A DNA stretch of 64,000 nt, from assembly GCA_025456425.1 (NCBI GenBank), contig JALOKP010000008.1, positions 552 to 64,551 of the forward strand. The letters are read 5' to 3'. This DNA comes from Acidobacteriota bacterium (GTDB taxonomy: Bacteria; Acidobacteriota; Polarisedimenticolia; J045). Shown in pieces: positions 17,803 to 25,540 of this stretch. The position numbers were made by a program, and so were the translations under genes. Within the stretch, counting starts at the first letter, position 1, and each line of letters begins with the position of its first letter. The notes beneath the pieces were generated by a model. The model searched no databases. It was given only the letters and a program-made list of their open reading frames with translations, and was not told the origin of the DNA.

Positions 17803-19087
17803 GCGGGGAGGGGCTGGCGGAAGCGTGTGGGAATCGAACCCACCCGTGACCGGTGCGACCGACCACGCAACGGTTTTGAAGACCGCGGGAGGCACCAGCC
17901 CCCGTGCGCGCATTCTGCGCGTTCGGCGGACTGTTAGTGGACTGTTTCCGCTCGGCGCTGTCTCCGAGCCGCGCGACCAGCGCCGGGTCAACCGCCCCCC
18001 CGCGGCGGCGAAAGTAGCGCTCGGTCGTGAGCACGGTCGAATGCCCGAGCCAGTCCCGCAGGACCTTCGTCGGGACCCCGGCCTCGGCGCACCAGGTCCC
18101 GAACCGATGCCGCAGCCCGTGGAGCCGTGACGTCTCCCGCGGGCGGCCGGGCTCCCCGGTCGGCTCGACCGGCCGGAGCGCCGGCGTCGCCGCCCGCCGG
18201 GCGTCCGCCCAAACCCGCTCGGCCATGTACTGCAACCCCTCAACCGTCCCGATCCCGGCGACGATCTGCCCCACGCGCCCGGGCCAGGAGACCCCCTCCA
18301 GCGCCCGCGCGAGCCGCTCCGTCAGGATCGGGACCGTCCGCGCCCGCCCCGACTTCGGGCGGTCTGTCTCGTCTCGCACCGCGACGTGGATCGCCCCGTG
18401 CGGGGAGAGCCCCTCGACCGGGCCGAGCGTCAGATCCTCCCACCGGAGCCGGAGGATCTCCCCGCGGCGCAGCCCAGCGTCGCCGGCCAGCAGGATCACG
18501 ACCAGCCGGCGCGGGTCGGCGCTCGCCCGGGCGGCCTCGATCAGCCGGGAGTATTCCGCTTCCGAGACCGCCTCCGGCTCGCTCCGCTGCACCAGCCGCG
18601 GGCGCTTGACCTTGCAGGGCGGCGCCGCGACGTGCTCCTGCTCCTCGGCGAGCTGGAACAACTGCGACAGCCGGTCGAGCTGCTTGCGGATGCTGGACGT
18701 CGAGAGCCCGGCGTCGCGCATCGTCTTGACCCACGCGGACACGTCCGCCTTGCGGATGCGGGCGACGGGACGCGGCCCCCAATACTCGACCAGCCGGGCC
18801 AGCTCCCACTTGTACCCGCGCAACGTCGCCGCGGTGTAGACGCGATCCGTGCCGGCCTCCCAATGCTCGACCAGACGATCCGCCAGCGCCTTGACGGTGA
18901 TCGCCCGCGCCGGCGTCAGGTCCACCGGCAGCCCGGCCGCGGCGCGGTGCTTCTTCTTCCGCTCGGACGCGAGCCAGTCTTCCGCCTTGCGGGCGCTCGG
19001 GAACGACTTCGCGCGGCGCTTGCCGGCGATGGTGATATAGGCCCGGTGCCCCGTTTTCTCCTGGCGGATGAACCCGTCGCCGCGCAT
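17462..19087 (-). CDS. int: Tyrosine recombinase (phage integrase); the ORF runs through attL and the tRNA
   Basis: Catalytic signature: AGLRRGEILRLRW (Arg), HGLRHRFGTW (H-x-x-R), GHSTVLTTERY (His, Tyr358). First in-frame stop is at 17462, 183 codons after the Tyr. Confidence 0.9.
   Translation of the reverse strand: MRGDGFIRQEKTGHRAYITIAGKRRAKSFPSARKAEDWLASERKKKHRAAAGLPVDLTPARAITVKALADRLVEHWEAGTDRVYTAATLRGYKWELARLVEYWGPRPVARIRKADVSAWVKTMRDAGLSTSSIRKQLDRLSQLFQLAEEQEHVAAPPCKVKRPRLVQRSEPEAVSEAEYSRLIEAARASADPRRLVVILLAGDAGLRRGEILRLRWEDLTLGPVEGLSPHGAIHVAVRDETDRPKSGRARTVPILTERLARALEGVSWPGRVGQIVAGIGTVEGLQYMAERVWADARRAATPALRPVEPTGEPGRPRETSRLHGLRHRFGTWCAEAGVPTKVLRDWLGHSTVLTTERYFRRRGGAVDPALVARLGDSAERKQSTNSPPNAQNARTGAGASRGLQNRCVVGRTGHGWVRFPHASASPSPLSPRGRPPMGRRCPVFPRPAATGQPTRPPRSAIPGPAVRAEAVPRSRTGRPAAVGRAARVPPAQPPGPRAAGGRSAAGGAAEEDTTGLAAAASASGPHRAFRPARREPRRWRC
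17815..17913 (-). tRNA. selC: tRNA-Sec (anticodon UCA), attL hybrid copy: nt 5-99 native-like, nt 1-4 replaced by element sequence
   Basis: Minus-strand features: 6-bp D stem GGGGGC/GCCTCC with 4-nt loop TGGT; anticodon loop CTTCAAA (TCA = complement of 17877-17879); 9-bp extra arm GTGGTCGGT-CGC-ACCGGTCAC; T arm GTGGG-TTCGATT-CCCAC; 3' ACGCTTCC-G-CCA ending at 17815. Confidence 0.8.
17873..17909. repeat. attL core: 37-bp direct repeat identical to 29126..29162
   Basis: GTTTTGAAGACCGCGGGAGGCACCAGCCCCCGTGCGC occurs exactly twice. Flanking bases differ on both sides. Confidence 0.9.
17925..17946 (+). promoter_or_regulatory. Candidate integrase arm-type sites (left arm): GGCGGACTGTT-A-GTGGACTGTT
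   Basis: Tandem 10-11-bp repeat 16-37 bp inside attL. The same motif pair occurs at 29013..29034 in the same orientation. Confidence 0.5.
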
Positions 19088-19275
19088 CAGTCCCCCTCGG
19101 CCGAGGCCGCCGCCTGGCGCACCGCCTTGAAGAGCCGGTCCGTGGCGTCCTCATAGGGCCCCTCGTCCGAATGCAGGATGCATCCGATCAGGTCGTCGAC
19201 GGCGCACAGGATCCGCGCTTGCACCTCGGGGTCGGCTGCGGCCAGGAGCGGGGGGAGATTCGTGGTCGTGGTCAT
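19087..19275 (-). CDS. Hypothetical small protein upstream of int (62 aa)
   Basis: ATG at 19275 (MTTTTNLPPLLAAADPEV...). Its stop overlaps the int start by 1 nt. The longer 131-aa ORF N-terminus looks non-coding. Confidence 0.4.
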   Translation of the reverse strand: MTTTTNLPPLLAAADPEVQARILCAVDDLIGCILHSDEGPYEDATDRLFKAVRQAAASAEGD

Positions 19276-19489
19276 GCTGCCCTCCGTCTGCGTGCGCGGA
19301 AGGGACACGACGGCTGAACCGGCACGCGCCGGTGGCTTCGCCCCGAAGGTGTCTGCGGTAGACTTTCGGACAGCTCGCATCGTGGTACCCCCACGCTTGC
19401 GGGTCAGGGCCCGTCGTCCGGTTCGCGCCGGCGGCGGGCCCGCCTTCGTGGGAGGGATACGCCCGTCGCCGGCAAGAGTCAAGCCCAGC

Positions 19490-19753
19490 CTACTGCAGCC
19501 CCTCCGGCCCGCGGACCAGGCTCTGCTCGAGCAGGGCCTCCGAGATGAACGGGGGCTTCCCGATGCGCACGACCAGCCCCTCGTCGCGCAACCGATCGAA
19601 CAGCGCCGCGACGATGGCCGCCGTCTCGGCCCAGGTCCGCCCCTGCCGGGCGCACTCCTCGAGCACCGCCGGGAGCGTCTGCGAGAAGATCTTCGCCCCG
19701 GCGCGATTGAGCTCCTCCAGCGCCTCGGCGTCGCTCTTGCCCCGGCCGCTCAC
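19490..19753 (-). CDS. Hypothetical element protein (87 aa)
   Basis: 4-nt overlap with the upstream TMP-like gene. Balanced composition (MSGRGKSDAEALEELNRAGAKIFSQTLPAVLEE...). Confidence 0.5.
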   Translation of the reverse strand: MSGRGKSDAEALEELNRAGAKIFSQTLPAVLEECARQGRTWAETAAIVAALFDRLRDEGLVVRIGKPPFISEALLEQSLVRGPEGLQ

Positions 19754-21813
19754 CGCTGGAACCTCGCGGCGTCGCTGCGCTCGACCTGCTTCAGCTTCCG
19801 GCCCAGCGTCCGGAGCGAGTCGGAGTCGATGAAGGCGCCGTGGACGTGGATCACCTGGCCGGTCGACTGGTCATGCGTCACGCTGCTGCTGTTATTGTTC
19901 GTGATCGACTGCGTCGCCGCCGCCAGCCGCTTCGGGACCGGCCCGATCCGCAGCCCATCCGCGAACCCCCGCGACGTCATCTCGATGTAGTCCTGCGCCC
20001 AGCGCCGGCCGCCGTGGTAGGCCATCCGGTCGTTCACCGGGTCGTCGAACCCCTTCCCGGCGCTTCCCGGGTTGGCCGACTTGATCTTCTGGATCTGGAC
20101 CAGGCCGGCGGCGATCATCAGCGCCGCGGCAGCGTGCCCCCACGGCGTCATGCCGTAGGTCTTGTAGGTCTGCAGCACGGCCAGCGCCGTATTGATCACC
20201 GCCTCGGCGATCGCGAGCGCCTTGTTCTGGCCGAAGATCCCGGACAGGGCGCCGGCCACCACCTGCGCGTACTGCAGCCAGAACTCGGCCCGCTCCTTCG
20301 TGCTCATCTTCTCCAGGTCAGTCATCGCCGCCTGGTGGGACCGGGACCGGGCCTCGATCGCGTTGTTCCACTTGGTGCGGATCGCAGCCGTGTCCGCTCC
20401 GAGCGCCTCGGCCGCCGAGATCTCCCGATCGCGCTGCTCCTCGAGCGCCTGGATCTCGGCCTCGGCGATCTTGTCCAGCGTCTCCTTGACGATCGCAACC
20501 TTCTCGTCGGAGATGTACCAGGCCCCCTCGGTCTGCATCTCCAAGGACTGATTGAGCAGCTCGGCCTCAGACTCCAGCGCCGCAGCCTGCGCGTCGCGCT
20601 CGACCTTCCACCGCTCGAGTACCTTCTGGGTGACCTCGTCGGCGTACCCGACGATGAGATCGTGAACGGCCTTCTCCCCGGCCAGCCGATCGGCTCGCAC
20701 CTTCTCCGCAGCCTTGGCCGCTCGACCCAGGCTGGCCGCCGCCCGGTCCCCGGTCCGCTCCAGCTCCTCGGCCGCCTTCTTCTGGGCCGCCGCCGCCGCC
20801 TCCGCGTCTTTCTCCGCCCGCTTCAGAACCTCGCCCAGCTTCTTGCCGATGCCCTCCATCTCATCGGTCAGGCCACGAGCTGCCATCGCCTGCTTGAATG
20901 CCTCGACGTTCTTCGTGACGTCCTCGACGGAATCGGCGGCCCCGGACCAGATGTCCGAAATGGTCTTGGCGCTGTCGGTGATGTCCTTGCCGAGCAACGC
21001 CCGCCCGAGATTCCAGAACGCGACGCCCACGACGTTGGTCACCGCGACCACCCGCTCGAGCGCCCAGACCAGACCGCCGATCAGATACGCCGAGAGCTTC
21101 CAGATTCCCTCGCCCAGCTGGCCGGCCTGGTCTCCCAGCCCGTCCCACTGCGACTTGAGGAACGTGACCCCGTTGCCCGCCTTCTCCTGCTCGGCCAGGT
21201 ACTCCTCGAGCCGGCCGCTCAGCAGGTCGATCACCTTCGCCTGGTCGGCCGCCGTCTCGCCCAGGGCCTGCACGTCGAGCCCGAGCTTCCGCGCTGCCTG
21301 AGACCAGCGGTTCCCGAACAGGTCGGCGACCAGGTCGGCCGCCTCGCTCATCTCGATCACCTGGGACCGGCTGACCGCGACGGCCAGCGAGACCGCCCCC
21401 ATCGCCGCCTCGAGGTCCCCGGTCAGGTTCAGGAACTTCTGGAACGCCGGCAGCGTCTCGTCGTCGACGATCCCCGTCCCGAGCGCGATCTGCTGGAAGA
21501 ACGCCTGCAGCCGCGGCAGCGCCTCATCGGTGTCGATGCCGAACTTCCGCATCGCTTCACCGACCGCCCGCATCCGCTTCTCGAACTCGATCCAGTCCTG
21601 CGTCGCCTTCGTCAGGAACCCGAAGACGGCAAGCGGCGCCAGGTAGGTGCGGAGGGTAGCGCCGACGAACTCCCCGGCCTTCCCGAGACCCACCATCGCG
21701 GCCCGGGTGGTGTTGACCTCGGACTCCAGCTTCTTCAGCCGGGCCGAGGCGTCGAGCAGACCCTTCTCCTTCAGGATGAACTCGACGATTCCCTGGACGC
21801 GCGGATCAGCCAT
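19750..21813 (-). CDS. Phage tail tape-measure-like protein
   Basis: 687 aa. The N-terminal region resembles the TMP core (ATQDWIEFEKRMRAVGEAM...). Long Ala/Glu/Lys coiled coil, then Gly/Ala hydrophobic segments near the C-terminus (VVAGALSGIFGQNKALAIAEAVINTALAVL). Confidence 0.55.
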   Translation of the reverse strand: MADPRVQGIVEFILKEKGLLDASARLKKLESEVNTTRAAMVGLGKAGEFVGATLRTYLAPLAVFGFLTKATQDWIEFEKRMRAVGEAMRKFGIDTDEALPRLQAFFQQIALGTGIVDDETLPAFQKFLNLTGDLEAAMGAVSLAVAVSRSQVIEMSEAADLVADLFGNRWSQAARKLGLDVQALGETAADQAKVIDLLSGRLEEYLAEQEKAGNGVTFLKSQWDGLGDQAGQLGEGIWKLSAYLIGGLVWALERVVAVTNVVGVAFWNLGRALLGKDITDSAKTISDIWSGAADSVEDVTKNVEAFKQAMAARGLTDEMEGIGKKLGEVLKRAEKDAEAAAAAQKKAAEELERTGDRAAASLGRAAKAAEKVRADRLAGEKAVHDLIVGYADEVTQKVLERWKVERDAQAAALESEAELLNQSLEMQTEGAWYISDEKVAIVKETLDKIAEAEIQALEEQRDREISAAEALGADTAAIRTKWNNAIEARSRSHQAAMTDLEKMSTKERAEFWLQYAQVVAGALSGIFGQNKALAIAEAVINTALAVLQTYKTYGMTPWGHAAAALMIAAGLVQIQKIKSANPGSAGKGFDDPVNDRMAYHGGRRWAQDYIEMTSRGFADGLRIGPVPKRLAAATQSITNNNSSSVTHDQSTGQVIHVHGAFIDSDSLRTLGRKLKQVERSDAARFQR

Positions 21814-22408
21814 CGGTCAATCTCCTGTCTTGTAAGGGTTGATGCGCCTGGTCCGCGGCCCGGAGCTCCTCGGCCAGGGCCCGGTGCTCGGCCAGCAGCC
21901 GGTCGCGCTCGGAGGAGAGCAGGGACGGGTTTCGCAGCGCGTTCCACAGGTCGACCATCCGGGCGTGCCGCGGGTCGGGTGCCGGCCGCTCGCGCCGCGG
22001 GCGGCTGGGCGGCGGCGGGGCGGGCGGCTCCGGCTCACCGTAGAGCTCGCGCTTCAGCCGCTCGGCCGCGGCGAGCTCCGTCCGCCGGACCACTTCCCGG
22101 GAGAGCTGGAAGACGACGGCGGTCTCCTCAAGACTCCAGCCGGCGAAGCGCAGCGACACGACCGCGACCTCGCGCAGGGAGAGCTCGCGCATCGCGACGG
22201 CCAGCTTACGGCGTCGCTCGCGCTCCGCGGCCTCCAGCTCCGGCGACGGGCCCGACGACGGCTGGAGCTCGCCCAGCGTCGCGCCGTCCGGGTCGTCGTC
22301 ACTCGCCGGCGCGTCCAGGCTGGTCGTCTGCTGGTAGCGGTACAGCGGGTCGCCGAGGATCGTGCGGATCTGCTCGGCCCGCTCGGCGAGGGTGCGTTTC
22401 GTGCTCAT
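21806..22408 (-). CDS. Sigma70 region-4-like HTH protein (possible late regulator)
   Basis: ATG at 22408 (MSTKRTLAERAEQ...). HTH segment LSLREVAVVSLRFAGWSLEETAVVFQLSREVVRRTELAAAERLKREL. No region 2 seen. Confidence 0.5.
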   Translation of the reverse strand: MSTKRTLAERAEQIRTILGDPLYRYQQTTSLDAPASDDDPDGATLGELQPSSGPSPELEAAERERRRKLAVAMRELSLREVAVVSLRFAGWSLEETAVVFQLSREVVRRTELAAAERLKRELYGEPEPPAPPPPSRPRRERPAPDPRHARMVDLWNALRNPSLLSSERDRLLAEHRALAEELRAADQAHQPLQDRRLTDG

Positions 22409-22460
22409 GCGATCCGCTCCCTCCAGACGGCGCTTTCGGGCGCGACGATCTCCGCGCGGG

Positions 22461-22652
22461 TCACGCCGCCGTCCCCCCGCGCCGGCGCACGTCGGCCGGC
22501 AGCGTCGCCGGATCGACCTCCTCGGCGTCGCCGCGCTCGATGAAGACCTCGGCGATCGCACGCGGCAGCCGCTCGATGACGCCCACGTCCACGCCCACGA
22601 CGGCACGCCGCCACCGGATCCACGCGGCCCACAACTTCGCCGGCGGGCTCAT
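22461..22652 (-). CDS. Hypothetical element protein (63 aa)
   Basis: ATGA overlap with the upstream ORF. More protein-like composition than the overlapping 22405..22632 ORF. Confidence 0.35.
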   Translation of the reverse strand: MSPPAKLWAAWIRWRRAVVGVDVGVIERLPRAIAEVFIERGDAEEVDPATLPADVRRRGGTAA

Positions 22653-22942
22653 GCCCGGACCTCGGGCCCCGGGGGCCGCGCGACCGCCACCGGGAGGACG
22701 CCGAACTGCATCAGCCGGTGGAAGTAGCCGACCAGCACCGCCAGCGCGGCCACGTCGCCGCCGATCGCGCGGCCGGATTCGAGCAGGCGAGGAATCTCCG
22801 CCAGGATCAGCCCGGCGCAGCGTTCGGCCTCGGCCCTCTGTTCGTCGTTCACGTCGCCTCCGATCGGTGAATCGTCCCCGCGGGGGTGAACGAGGGTCGC
22901 GCCTTCCGGCGTGATGACCCCCAGGGCGGCCCGCGGGGACAC
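22649..22942 (-). CDS. Hypothetical element protein (97 aa)
   Basis: ORF in the same operon orientation, 4-nt overlap with the next gene. No family recognised. Confidence 0.4.
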   Translation of the reverse strand: MSPRAALGVITPEGATLVHPRGDDSPIGGDVNDEQRAEAERCAGLILAEIPRLLESGRAIGGDVAALAVLVGYFHRLMQFGVLPVAVARPPGPEVRA

Positions 22943-22958
22943 GCTACCGCCCCCTCGA

Positions 22959-23498
22959 CTACAGCCCGGCCGTCAGCCGCTCGACCACGCGCAGCAGCTC
23001 GGCCGGCTCGGTCGCGACGTAGACCAGCGCCCGGGCCTCGCGCAGTCGGGCCTCGACCTCGATCACCCGCCGGCGCTGCGCCGGCCGGTCGGAGTCCTCG
23101 GCCAGCGGCACCCCACGCCGGGCCCGGTCCAGCTCGGAGACCAGCGCGTCGATCGCCGCCGCCAGCGGGTCCGGCGTCAGCCGCTCCAGCTCGCGCCGGG
23201 CCGCCTCGACGCCACCGAGCGCCAGGTGCTCCCGGCCGGCGTGGTCGCGCTCCCGGGCGTCCAACTCCTCCCGGGCCTTCGCCAGCTCGACCGCGAGCTT
23301 GACCACCCGCTCCCGGGCCGCGACCGCCGGCGCGACCGAGGCCGCCTCCGCCAGCGCCCACGCCCGGGTGCGCTCCTCGACTTGCGCCGCCAGCTTCCGG
23401 CGCCGGTCCGCGTTCTGCTGCTGCTGCAACGCCCACAGCTCGCGATGCTGCTCCGCCGTCAGCTCGCGGACGTTGACCTTGACTGCTGCTGCCTGCAT
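22959..23498 (-). CDS. Coiled-coil protein downstream of the capsid gene (scaffold/decoration-like)
   Basis: 179 aa, rich in heptad-like Glu/Arg/Ala/Leu stretches. Starts 10 nt after the capsid stop. Confidence 0.45.
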   Translation of the reverse strand: MQAAAVKVNVRELTAEQHRELWALQQQQNADRRRKLAAQVEERTRAWALAEAASVAPAVAARERVVKLAVELAKAREELDARERDHAGREHLALGGVEAARRELERLTPDPLAAAIDALVSELDRARRGVPLAEDSDRPAQRRRVIEVEARLREARALVYVATEPAELLRVVERLTAGL

Positions 23499-23508
23499 CG
23501 GTGACCTC

Positions 23509-24834
23509 CTAGGAGCGCGTGGCGAGCGTGACGAAACTGCTCAGCGTGTCGGAGCCGACCGCCGGCGTGACCGCGGATGCGAGCCACGGCTGGCCGTCCA
23601 CCGCGACGGTGAACCGGAAGGCCGTCTCCGCGTAGATAAACCGGACGTGCATGGACAGGTCGTTCTTGGCCGCGCCCAGACCCAGCGCGTAGGACTGCGG
23701 GTCCCACAGGCTCAGATCGCCGACCGTGCCGAGCGTCTGCATTCGGTCGGACCAGATGATCCGGCGGCCCAGCAGCGTCTCGGTGGCCGGATCGAACTGC
23801 CCGGTCAACTTCCAGATTTGCGGCGCCGTGCTCGGATGCGCGAGCCAGACTGCGGTCGGCCAGCACTCCGGCAAGAGCCGGGCGCACATCTTCGCGGTGT
23901 TGTCGCTGGTGATCGTCGCCGCCGCCTGGCCGCCTTCCTTCGACACCGTCACCAGGGCGCTGCTGTTCATCAGTCCGAGCGGCTGGCCGGCCCCCGTGCC
24001 GGCGATGATCGCCGCGCTGAGCTTCGCGTCGATCACCCGCGCGGCCGCGGCCGTCAGGAACTCCCCGATGCCCGCACCCCCGTTGGCGATCATCCTGTCC
24101 GTGCAGTAGACCAGCGCGACCAACTGCTGCGGCTCCAGCTTGATCTGCCGGAACTTCGGCTTGCTCTCGGTGATCGCATCGGCTTCCGAGATCCAATAGG
24201 ACCGCAGCCCGCCGTACAGGGAACCGTCGACGCGCGAGGTCTCGGCGTTCGCGTTCAACGTCAGGGTGTCGCCGGTCACGGTGTACTGGTCGCACAGCGC
24301 GGCCAGCGAGGTCGCGCGGGCGTTGACCGCATCCCAGATGGCCGAGCTGAACTGCGGCGCAACCAGGAACCCGCCGTCGCTCGGGATCTGCCGGCCGAGC
24401 CCGGTCGGGTTGGCGGCCAGCAGCAGCCGCGGGTCGAGCGTCGGCTTGACCGCCGCGGCCATCACCCCGGAGAAAAACGCGTCCGCCGACGGCCAGTCCC
24501 CGACCTCCTGCGCCCGCTGCGCCATCGGCGTTCGCCGCGGCTTCGGGGCCGGCGCCGCCGCCGGCAGCGTCGTCAACCGAGCCTCGATCCGTTCGAAGAT
24601 GCTCTGCTGCAGGTCGGCGTCGTACCGGCCGGCCGCGGACAGCACCAGCTCCGCCGCCTGCCGAGCGATGGCGGCCGAGCCGCCCCCTCGCGCTGCGACC
24701 CGTCCCGCTGCCTGTTCGATCTGCTCATCCGTGATGCTCGTCATCCTGCTCATGATTCGGTCCCTCTCTGCGCCCTCGGGCGCGGTGATCGGGGCCGTCT
24801 CTCGATTGCGCAGGCACCCCGGGTTGGTGCTCAT
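23509..24834 (-). CDS. HK97-family phage major capsid protein
   Basis: The family call is by eye from segments such as RQIKLEPQQLVALVYCTDRMIANGG, AIIAGTGAGQPLGLMN and RFTVAVDG. The N-terminal approximately 100 aa is helical and delta-domain-like. Alternative start at 24753 has a better SD (GAGGG). Confidence 0.85.
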   Translation of the reverse strand: MSTNPGCLRNRETAPITAPEGAERDRIMSRMTSITDEQIEQAAGRVAARGGGSAAIARQAAELVLSAAGRYDADLQQSIFERIEARLTTLPAAAPAPKPRRTPMAQRAQEVGDWPSADAFFSGVMAAAVKPTLDPRLLLAANPTGLGRQIPSDGGFLVAPQFSSAIWDAVNARATSLAALCDQYTVTGDTLTLNANAETSRVDGSLYGGLRSYWISEADAITESKPKFRQIKLEPQQLVALVYCTDRMIANGGAGIGEFLTAAAARVIDAKLSAAIIAGTGAGQPLGLMNSSALVTVSKEGGQAAATITSDNTAKMCARLLPECWPTAVWLAHPSTAPQIWKLTGQFDPATETLLGRRIIWSDRMQTLGTVGDLSLWDPQSYALGLGAAKNDLSMHVRFIYAETAFRFTVAVDGQPWLASAVTPAVGSDTLSSFVTLATRS

Positions 24835-24835
24835 G

Positions 24836-25255
24836 TCAGCGAACCAAAGACGCGATCGTCGCCTCGCGCTCGCTCATCGGATCGACCCGCTTCGGCTCGG
24901 GCAGCCGCGCCCGGCCGGCAGGGCTCAAGCCGAGCGCCGTCGCGTACGCCAGGACCACGCGGTGCTCGGCCCGGATCGCCGCCCGGTTGGGCCGCGCCGC
25001 CCCCGTCTGCCGGCGCAGCTCGGCCACCGCCAGCGCGTACCCGCACAGGACCTCGACCGACTCGGCCCCAGCCCGTCCGACCAGCGCCGGGAGCGTGGCG
25101 CGATAGACCTCTTGGGCCTCTGGGGGCAACCAGGAAGGCGCAGTCGTGGGGAGCGGGCGATCGCTCGGCGAGATCGGCTCGACCTTGCTGGCGAGCCCGT
25201 GGGGGCCACAACGGGCCGCGGTGTGCGACTTGGCGATCGGGCCTCGGGTGCTCAT
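24836..25255 (-). CDS. Phage terminase small subunit, P27-like
   Basis: ATG at 25255 preceded by GGAGG. The layout MSTRGPIAKSH...PSWLPPEAQEVYRATLPALVGRAGAESVEVLCGYALAVAELRR resembles P27-family TerS. Placed directly upstream of the capsid gene. Confidence 0.65.
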   Translation of the reverse strand: MSTRGPIAKSHTAARCGPHGLASKVEPISPSDRPLPTTAPSWLPPEAQEVYRATLPALVGRAGAESVEVLCGYALAVAELRRQTGAARPNRAAIRAEHRVVLAYATALGLSPAGRARLPEPKRVDPMSEREATIASLVR

Positions 25256-25425
25256 CGGGGACCTCCTGTCAGGGCCGAATCCGAACTTCCGTGCGCGTGC
25301 AAATGGGGCGCCGGCCGTTGCTCGCGGACACGCCCGGAAAAAACGACCCCCCCCAGGGCCGGGCAGCCGGGCACCGCGCAGGGGCGCAGGACGCCGGTCA
25401 CGGGGTCGGCCTCGGCGCAGGGGAC

Positions 25426-25540
25426 GGGTGCAACTTCGGGGAGGGTGCAGGGGTGCAACGGGTGCAGCCCCTATATAGGGGCCGCTGCACCCGTCCGTTA
25501 CGGGTGCAATGCACGGGTGCTGCACCCGTTGCACGGGTCC
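25426..25540. repeat. Iteron-like array of GGGTGCA/TGCACCC heptamers around a GCCCCTATATAGGGGC palindrome (candidate ori or operator)
   Basis: Forward copies start at 25426, 25443, 25451, 25460, 25502 and 25515 (variant). Inverted copies at 25486 and 25521. 16-bp perfect palindrome with a TATATA core at 25467-25482. Confidence 0.6.

Noticed and set aside
19276-19489. 215-bp gap inside the element with a GGCGGGCCCGCC palindrome, considered as a terminator or int promoter
   Set aside because: No T-run follows the palindrome and there are no recognisable -35/-10 hexamers. The evidence is too weak to call.
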